Below, one piece after another: positions 49,390-54,640 of a stretch of DNA of 54,640 nucleotides. The stretch covers positions 1 through 54,640 of the forward strand of contig DAOOQN010000005.1 of NCBI GenBank assembly GCA_035388785.1. The letters run 5' to 3'. Source of the stretch: a bacterium. Its GTDB lineage: Bacteria; Patescibacteriota; Patescibacteriia; UBA2196. The translations under genes and the position numbers were made by a program. The notes below the pieces were generated by a model. It was not told where the DNA came from and did no database searches. It was given only the letters and a program-made list of their open reading frames with translations. The first letter of the stretch is position 1. Each line of letters starts with the position of its first letter.

Positions 49390-49983
49390 CTACACATTTT
49401 CAAATTCATCTTGGTCGTTGATATCACTTGCCTGCGAGGCAGGTTCTTTTTCGTTTCGATTAAGCAGGTCCAACAATGTCTCACTTTGTGATAGACGCTC
49501 AAAATCTGGCAACTCAGTGGTGGAAGTTAAACCCAAATGACGAACAAAATCTAAGGTGACCTGATAAACCATGGTTTTTATTTTTTTATTAATTGCTTCT
49601 GCTACCAAACCACGGATCATTAAATTACGTAAAATTAAACTACAATTGACACCACGAATTTGTTCCAATTCCATTTTAGTAATTGGTCCGCGGTAAGCAA
49701 TAATAGTCAGGGTTTCCAATTGTGGACGAGTCATCTCACCGGTTTGTTCTTCTTTTAAAAATTTTTCAACCGTGGCAGCCGCTTCGGGCGCGGTGGCCAT
49801 TTGTACTTCATCAGCATTAAAAATAAGTTTTAAACCACGACTATCAATATTATATTCTTGTTTTAAAACCTCCAAAACAGTTTCCACTTCTGTTTTGGAG
49901 CGCTCAACCAAATCGGCTATTTTTTTTATAGTTAAGGGTTTGTTGGATAAAAACAACAGCGCTTCAATTTGTTTTTTTAGCAT
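49390..49983 (-). CDS. scpB: Segregation and condensation protein B
   Basis: IEALLFLSNKPLTIKKIA, and tandem winged-helix regions with LETLTIIAYRGPITKMELEQIRGV, are present. Confidence 0.9.
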   Translation of the reverse strand: MLKKQIEALLFLSNKPLTIKKIADLVERSKTEVETVLEVLKQEYNIDSRGLKLIFNADEVQMATAPEAAATVEKFLKEEQTGEMTRPQLETLTIIAYRGPITKMELEQIRGVNCSLILRNLMIRGLVAEAINKKIKTMVYQVTLDFVRHLGLTSTTELPDFERLSQSETLLDLLNRNEKEPASQASDINDQDEFENV

Positions 49984-50678
49984 ATTTTTTCAATAATAAT
50001 TTCTTCAAACATTTCTTCTTGTGTGACTGTAACAGTCTTTTGTTTAACTAACTCCAAAACACTCAAAAATGTAACAATGATTTCTGTTTTACTTTTTGAA
50101 TCACCAACCAATTCTTTAAAACGCAAACTGAGGCCGGCTAAGATTTTGGTACGAATATTTTCTATTTTTTCTTTAATCGAAATTGCTCGCAAAAGTGCGC
50201 GTCTTGGTAACCTGACAATGGGTTCTATTTCTTTTAAAACAGCTAAAAACATTTCTTTAAGTTTTTGGGTGGTGATGTTTTTGGGTGGATTAAAAATAAT
50301 TTTTAAATCTAACGGAATTTTATCACGAAAAAACATCGTTTGTTGGGTGGCTAAAATAGCGGCCATTTTTTGCGATGCTTCATAATATTCACGATAAATT
50401 TTAAGTTGTTGCGCTAGATCAATACCATCATCTACAGATTCCAGATCCACATTCGGCAAGAGGGCTTTAGATTTGATTAACAACAGTTTGGCTGCCACCA
50501 CTAAAAAATCCGCGAGTTCTTCAGAATTCTTTTCCTCCACCTGAGATAAATAATTCATAAACTGTTCGGCCACAGTGGAAATTGATAATTCGGTAATATC
50601 TAAATCTGCTTGCTCAATAAGTTGAAGCAATAGATCCAACGGACCTTCAAATTTTTCTAGTTTAACATTATAACCCAT
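49977..50678 (-). CDS. scpA: Segregation and condensation protein A
   Basis: KLEKFEGPLDLLLQLIEQ..LDITELSI matches the kleisin N-terminus. The gene overlaps the scpB start. Confidence 0.9.
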   Translation of the reverse strand: MGYNVKLEKFEGPLDLLLQLIEQADLDITELSISTVAEQFMNYLSQVEEKNSEELADFLVVAAKLLLIKSKALLPNVDLESVDDGIDLAQQLKIYREYYEASQKMAAILATQQTMFFRDKIPLDLKIIFNPPKNITTQKLKEMFLAVLKEIEPIVRLPRRALLRAISIKEKIENIRTKILAGLSLRFKELVGDSKSKTEIIVTFLSVLELVKQKTVTVTQEEMFEEIIIEKIC

Positions 50679-50679
50679 A

Positions 50680-51210
50680 CTATTTTTTCTTTTTCACTAC
50701 TGATTTTTTAATTTTCTTTGCCACACTAAAATTACCTGTCTTGGCACTTTCTAATTTTATAAAATCAGCTACGCCCATTTTTATACTTTCAGTAAATTCG
50801 CCGCTGGTAAAAATTATTGTGCCTTTTAAAGATTTATCTACAAAAACATTTAATTTGTACAAAGATCCAAAAGCGCCCATAGTACCGGGTTTAACTTTAA
50901 AGTGTACTTTCATGACCGCTTCTTTGGGAATTTCAACTTTGGTAATACGCGTGTCTTTGGTGGTCATAACCTGGGCCAACTTTTTTAAATCAATATTTTT
51001 ATCCGCCGGCACCATGGCAATGGCGTAGGGTTTTTGACCGTGCTCCAAAGACTTGTTCATTTTAACCAATAAACTTTTGGCAATTGTATTGAGCTTAACT
51101 TTTAGGGTTGCTGCCGCATCATAAGCGGTAAAAACTTTTTTATGTTTGATTATTTCATATTTAACCTTGTTTTCGGTTAAAGTTTTAAGAAGTTTTTTAG
51201 CAATAGGCAT
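50680..51210 (-). CDS. YbaK/EbsC/ProX-type aminoacyl-tRNA editing (deacylase) domain protein
   Basis: 176 aa. It shows the YbaK-fold pattern (IAKSLLVK near the conserved Lys, and G..G...P..) and has a basic C-terminal tail. Confidence 0.7.
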   Translation of the reverse strand: MPIAKKLLKTLTENKVKYEIIKHKKVFTAYDAAATLKVKLNTIAKSLLVKMNKSLEHGQKPYAIAMVPADKNIDLKKLAQVMTTKDTRITKVEIPKEAVMKVHFKVKPGTMGAFGSLYKLNVFVDKSLKGTIIFTSGEFTESIKMGVADFIKLESAKTGNFSVAKKIKKSVVKKKK

Positions 51211-51231
51211 ATATTTATATAAAAATAAAAT

Positions 51232-51552
51232 TTATTTTTTATGTCGAAAAGGTAATTTCATTTGTTGCCCCATCAATTTTTGAGTTTCTCTTTTGCCTTG
51301 ACGGGTCAGTTTAATTTCTTTAATAAACCACTTATACTTGGTGCGCTCACCAAAACCAATTAAAAGATCTTTTTCTATTAAGCGTTCAATGCTTTGAGTG
51401 ACAATTTTGGTCATCATTTCCACCTGGGGTTTTTTGTCTACATTATCATAAAATTTATTTAAGCGCCCACGCGAAATCTTGCCTCCACCAGCTGATGAAT
51501 TGGCATTTAAACATTCCAAAAGAATAAATTTTTGGAGCGAAGATAGCCGCAT
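51232..51552 (-). CDS. Small hypothetical protein, possible winged-helix DNA binder
   Basis: 106 aa and basic. LQKFILLECL ... SIERLIEKDLLIGFG resembles an HTH followed by a wing. I recognise no family. Confidence 0.35.
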   Translation of the reverse strand: MRLSSLQKFILLECLNANSSAGGGKISRGRLNKFYDNVDKKPQVEMMTKIVTQSIERLIEKDLLIGFGERTKYKWFIKEIKLTRQGKRETQKLMGQQMKLPFRHKK

Positions 51553-51627
51553 ATTTACAAATTTAAAAAGAAAATATAAAAAATTATCACACTCATAAAA
51601 TTAATTATAGCACAGATTTAAAGGCAA

Positions 51628-51666
51628 TAAAAACCAAAAAACACCCCTATCAAAGACAGGAGTGTT
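51628..51666 (-). terminator. Rho-independent terminator
   Basis: The minus-strand RNA is AACACUCCU-GUCUUUGAU-AGGGGUGUU followed by UUUUUGGUUUUU. The stem is 9 bp including one G-U pair. Confidence 0.55.
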
Positions 51667-51691
51667 TTGGGCAAACAAAAGCTATGAATTC

Positions 51692-52135
51692 TTAATGAAA
51701 TCCACGCGCATAATCGCCCAGCGTGTTTCCATAGACATAACCCCAGACATCCACATTAATAAATTTATTTTCTTTAGTTTTGATTTGCAAATACTGATGC
51801 GGGGAAACATACCACACCAAAGAATATTTTAATTTGATATCATCATCGCTGAACCAACCACTTTTCACCAGCAAAATACGCAATAAATAATTTAACACAT
51901 GACAATGCAAAAAACCATTTTTATTCCACAACTTTTCTACATCAGTTTCAAAAATTTCATAAATTCTGCTATAAGTTTTAAGCCGCGAACCATAATACTT
52001 ATCGATCAGTGTTTCATAGGCTAATCTTAAACATGCATCTTGGCTGGCTGTTCTTCTTAACTCCTCAATGACTTTTTCCATTTCCACTGGCAGTTTTTCT
52101 GGTATGGGTTGTTTTTTAAAAAAATTGGGAATCAT
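51692..52135 (-). CDS. Hypothetical protein with a possible transglutaminase-like Cys-His-Asp core
   Basis: 147 aa. GFLHCHVLNYLLRILL (Cys), SPHQYLQI (His) and NVDVW (Asp) occur with the order and spacing of transglutaminase-like peptidase cores. Confidence 0.35.
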   Translation of the reverse strand: MIPNFFKKQPIPEKLPVEMEKVIEELRRTASQDACLRLAYETLIDKYYGSRLKTYSRIYEIFETDVEKLWNKNGFLHCHVLNYLLRILLVKSGWFSDDDIKLKYSLVWYVSPHQYLQIKTKENKFINVDVWGYVYGNTLGDYARGFH

Positions 52136-52160
52136 TTTTATTTTTTAAAACTTACTAAAA

Positions 52161-52442
52161 CTATTCTGCCTGCTGCGCCTCATCCCACAATTTTTTATAA
52201 TGCTCTTGCAAAAAAGCCTCAATTTTTTCCGGATCATTGCTGGCCAAAACTTCTTTTTTGGCTTGAAAAAATTCATTAATTTTTTCCAAATTTTCTGATT
52301 TTTCCTGCACCAAAGGCAAAATAAAATCCAATTGTTCTTCACTTAAACTCTCAACTCTGTTGACTAACTCTTCTTTATCTACCATTGATAGAGTTGGGTG
52401 ATTTAAAATTAAATCTTTTAATGCATTTATTTTATCTGACAT
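52161..52442 (-). CDS. Hypothetical acidic coiled-coil protein
   Basis: 93-aa ORF with coding-like composition and no recognisable motif. The overlapping alternative-frame ORF at 52145-52342 is rejected. Confidence 0.35.
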   Translation of the reverse strand: MSDKINALKDLILNHPTLSMVDKEELVNRVESLSEEQLDFILPLVQEKSENLEKINEFFQAKKEVLASNDPEKIEAFLQEHYKKLWDEAQQAE

Positions 52443-52486
52443 ATTTTTTAAATTAAATTTTTAAAATATTTTTATAAATTCTTTAT

Positions 52487-52921
52487 CTATTTTATTATTG
52501 GAATATCGGGTCCAGCTGGTATATAACCACTTTCATACGAACCATATCCCAACAATGCTCTTTCTCTCTGAAAATCTCTAAATATTTGTTCCAAGTGGTT
52601 GTCTTCATCTTGGGGCAAACTTCTTGACATTTCTTTCATCTCCGCCAATATTCCAAACGGATCTTCATTTTCGGTATTAATTGGTTTTCCGCTTTCATCC
52701 ACAAATTGTTTGGTGATTTCTGGCTTATGTGATTGAGTTGGTTCCATTGGTTTGATCGGTTTCATTTCTGATGTATTTTCTAAACCAAAAGCTGGCATAA
52801 CAGCACATAGAAACATGGTTGCAATTAAAGACAGGTTGGTATATTTTCTCATATTATCCAAAACTTTTTTTGGATCTTTTTCTTTTTCTCCCCGTTCTGT
52901 TGTCCTAAAATTTAATTTCAT
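52487..52921 (-). CDS. Hypothetical secreted or membrane-anchored protein
   Basis: The hydrophobic segment LSLIATMFLCAVMPAFG follows a charged N-terminus. The rest is low-complexity and Pro/Glu-rich. Confidence 0.35.
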   Translation of the reverse strand: MKLNFRTTERGEKEKDPKKVLDNMRKYTNLSLIATMFLCAVMPAFGLENTSEMKPIKPMEPTQSHKPEITKQFVDESGKPINTENEDPFGILAEMKEMSRSLPQDEDNHLEQIFRDFQRERALLGYGSYESGYIPAGPDIPIIK

Positions 52922-52931
52922 ATGTTTTTTG

Positions 52932-54347
52932 TTAATTATTAATATTAATATTTAATTCTTTCAATTGTTTCTCGCTTACCTCGCTTGGCGCGTCCATCAA
53001 AGGATCATGCGCGTCAGCAAGTAACGGAAAAGCGATCACTTCCCGAATCGATTTTTCACCCTGCAGAATTGAAAGCAAGCGGTCAAAGCCCGGCGCAATT
53101 CCACCGTGTGGTGGCACACCAAATTCAAAGGCTTTAAGCAAATGGGCAAACGATTCTTTATCTTTAGCTGTAAAACCGATCAAATCAAAAATTTTCCTTT
53201 GCAGATTGGCATCGTGAATTCTGATACTGCCGCCACCAACCTCCCAACCGTTTAAAACCAGATCATGCTGATAAGATTTCACCTTGCCTGGATCACTATC
53301 CAACAAAGGAATATCTTCCTCTTTAGGCGCGGTAAACATATGATGTGATGGTGCCCACTTATCCCCTGCTCCTTGAAAAAAATCTTCTGCAGTTTGTTCG
53401 GTAAAAAGTGGGAAATCAATTACCCAAGCAAAAGCCAATTCGTCTTTATCTTCTTTGTTTTTTCGAAGATCTGGCTTATCAACCCCATACTTTTCCATCA
53501 CTTCTTTATGTTTCAATCGTGGCCAAGGCTCAAAAGTAAAATGTTTCTCGGGCCACAATTCTTTGACCATTTTTGTGAACATCTCTTCAGCCAGCTGTAA
53601 AATATCATCTTGTTTTACAAAAGACATCTCCATGTCAATCTGATAAAATTCTCCCGGGGAACGATCAGCTCTGGCATCTTCATCGCGAAAACATGGCGCA
53701 ATCTGAAAATATTTCTCCATACCAGCCACCATGAGCATCTGTTTATATTGCTGTGGACTTTGTGGCAAAGCAAAAAACTTACCCAGATATTTTCTGGATG
53801 GCACCAAATAATCCCGCGCGCCCTCTGGCGTAGACTTGGAAAGAATTGGCGTTTGAATTTCCACAAATTCTTTATCATGTAGATAGTTACGCACAAAGTG
53901 CATCATCTTGGAACGCATCAACATATTGTTTTTCATACGTTCATGGCGTAAATCCAAATAGCGATATTTCAGGCGTAATTCTTCGCCTGCCTGCAGAGTT
54001 TCGTTTTCAATTTCAAATGGCGGCGTTTCCGCTTTGGATAAAACCGCAATCTTTTTGGCCAAGACTTCCACTGTGCCAGTCGGCGAATTGGCATTAATTT
54101 GTTTTTCACCACGCGCTTGCACCACGCCTTCAATTTCCAAAACAAATTCCGACCTGACTTCACTCAAAGCCGCTTGCGATGTTTCATCTAGTTCACTCGG
54201 CACACAAACCACCTGCACAATTCCCCAACGGTCGCGCACATCCAAAAACACAATCTTTCCCATATTACGGCGATTATTCACCCAGCCGTTGAGTTTGACT
54301 GTTTCTCCGACTTTTTTGGTTGTTTCGGTTGATATTGTTCTAAACAT
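52932..54347 (-). CDS. aspS: Aspartate--tRNA ligase, bacterial type but lacking the GAD insertion domain
   Basis: An OB N-domain is present. Motif 2 is FRDEDARADRSPGEFYQIDMEMSF and motif 3 is GIAPGFDRL. At 471 aa, DKPDLR is joined almost directly to WVIDFPLF. Confidence 0.93.
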   Translation of the reverse strand: MFRTISTETTKKVGETVKLNGWVNNRRNMGKIVFLDVRDRWGIVQVVCVPSELDETSQAALSEVRSEFVLEIEGVVQARGEKQINANSPTGTVEVLAKKIAVLSKAETPPFEIENETLQAGEELRLKYRYLDLRHERMKNNMLMRSKMMHFVRNYLHDKEFVEIQTPILSKSTPEGARDYLVPSRKYLGKFFALPQSPQQYKQMLMVAGMEKYFQIAPCFRDEDARADRSPGEFYQIDMEMSFVKQDDILQLAEEMFTKMVKELWPEKHFTFEPWPRLKHKEVMEKYGVDKPDLRKNKEDKDELAFAWVIDFPLFTEQTAEDFFQGAGDKWAPSHHMFTAPKEEDIPLLDSDPGKVKSYQHDLVLNGWEVGGGSIRIHDANLQRKIFDLIGFTAKDKESFAHLLKAFEFGVPPHGGIAPGFDRLLSILQGEKSIREVIAFPLLADAHDPLMDAPSEVSEKQLKELNININN

Positions 54348-54371
54348 ATGATTAAAAAATATGATCTCTAA

Positions 54372-54638
54372 TTAGCCTCTCCACAATCCATGAATATTAC
54401 AGTATGCGCGCGCCGACACACCCTCTGCCTCGACGCAAAATTCCGCCTCCGGCGCCATACCCGGCGCTAGATATTCACGGTAAACTTTTTCACCGACCAA
54501 AAGCTCAATCCATTCAATATAATGCGCGCTTTCCATCGGATGTGGCACAGAACCTATTTTCACTTTATAACCACCATTAATTTTCTCAATCACCGGTGTG
54601 TGTTTTTCCATACCCTCATCAATATTTTTTTCTATCAA
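54372..54638 (-). CDS. Superoxide reductase (neelaredoxin/desulfoferrodoxin centre II domain); the N-terminus may be cut by the window edge
   Basis: [23 protein letters not shown] and YCNIHGLW are the iron ligands and motifs of 1Fe-SOR. Confidence 0.8.
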   Translation of the reverse strand: MIEKNIDEGMEKHTPVIEKINGGYKVKIGSVPHPMESAHYIEWIELLVGEKVYREYLAPGMAPEAEFCVEAEGVSARAYCNIHGLWRG

Positions 54639-54640
54639 AA

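Noticed and set aside
52145-52342. The alternative-frame 65-aa ORF overlapping 52161-52442.
   Set aside because: It is highly basic and Trp/Cys-rich, which is non-protein-like composition. It is fully nested in the longer ORF, which has better coding character.

Overview
The window is AT-rich and very gene-dense, with about 58 protein genes. All of them are on the minus strand except one unannotated 51-aa ORF on the plus strand. The content is mostly housekeeping and looks like a reduced-genome Patescibacteria/CPR-type bacterium. That assignment is an inference from protein architectures and repeat types, not a database hit.

Genes in ascending window coordinates (transcription runs from high to low coordinates):
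- dut (partial), dcd, and a translin-like gene
- an FG-GAP/L,D-transpeptidase fusion
- the rplA, rplK, nusG and secE cluster (transcribed secE-nusG-rplK-rplA), then gyrB
- pheT and pheS, separated by about 5.5 kb that holds an NYN gene, a DNA methyltransferase-Mrr fusion, an M14 peptidase, pgeF, mraY and a DUF457 gene
- a DciA-like gene and a UvrD-helicase/Fe-S nuclease fusion
- a complete F1Fo ATP synthase operon, then rmuC
- tatD, cvpA, metG, rsmI, glyQS, a membrane-anchored Clp-type AAA+ ATPase, tgt, recO, ileS, scpAB, a ybaK-like gene, aspS and a superoxide reductase at the window edge

I recognised no rRNA, tRNA, CRISPR array, transposase or integrase.

Most interesting observations:
1. 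At 28.5-31.5 kb, an ATP-grasp ligase and a ThrC-like PLP enzyme sit divergently from a LysW-like zinc-ribbon mini-protein. That mini-protein abuts an ATE/Bpt-like aminoacyl-tRNA transferase. This may be a carrier-protein or peptide-modification system.
2. IleRS carries a roughly 190-aa histidine-phosphatase (PGAM-type) domain inserted in its catalytic body.
3. A beta-class DNA methyltransferase fused to an Mrr-type nuclease domain, plus an NYN nuclease gene, forms a hairpin-bracketed two-gene unit between pheS and pheT.
4. A family of GC-rich palindromic mini-elements occurs both between genes and in-frame inside the helicase gene.
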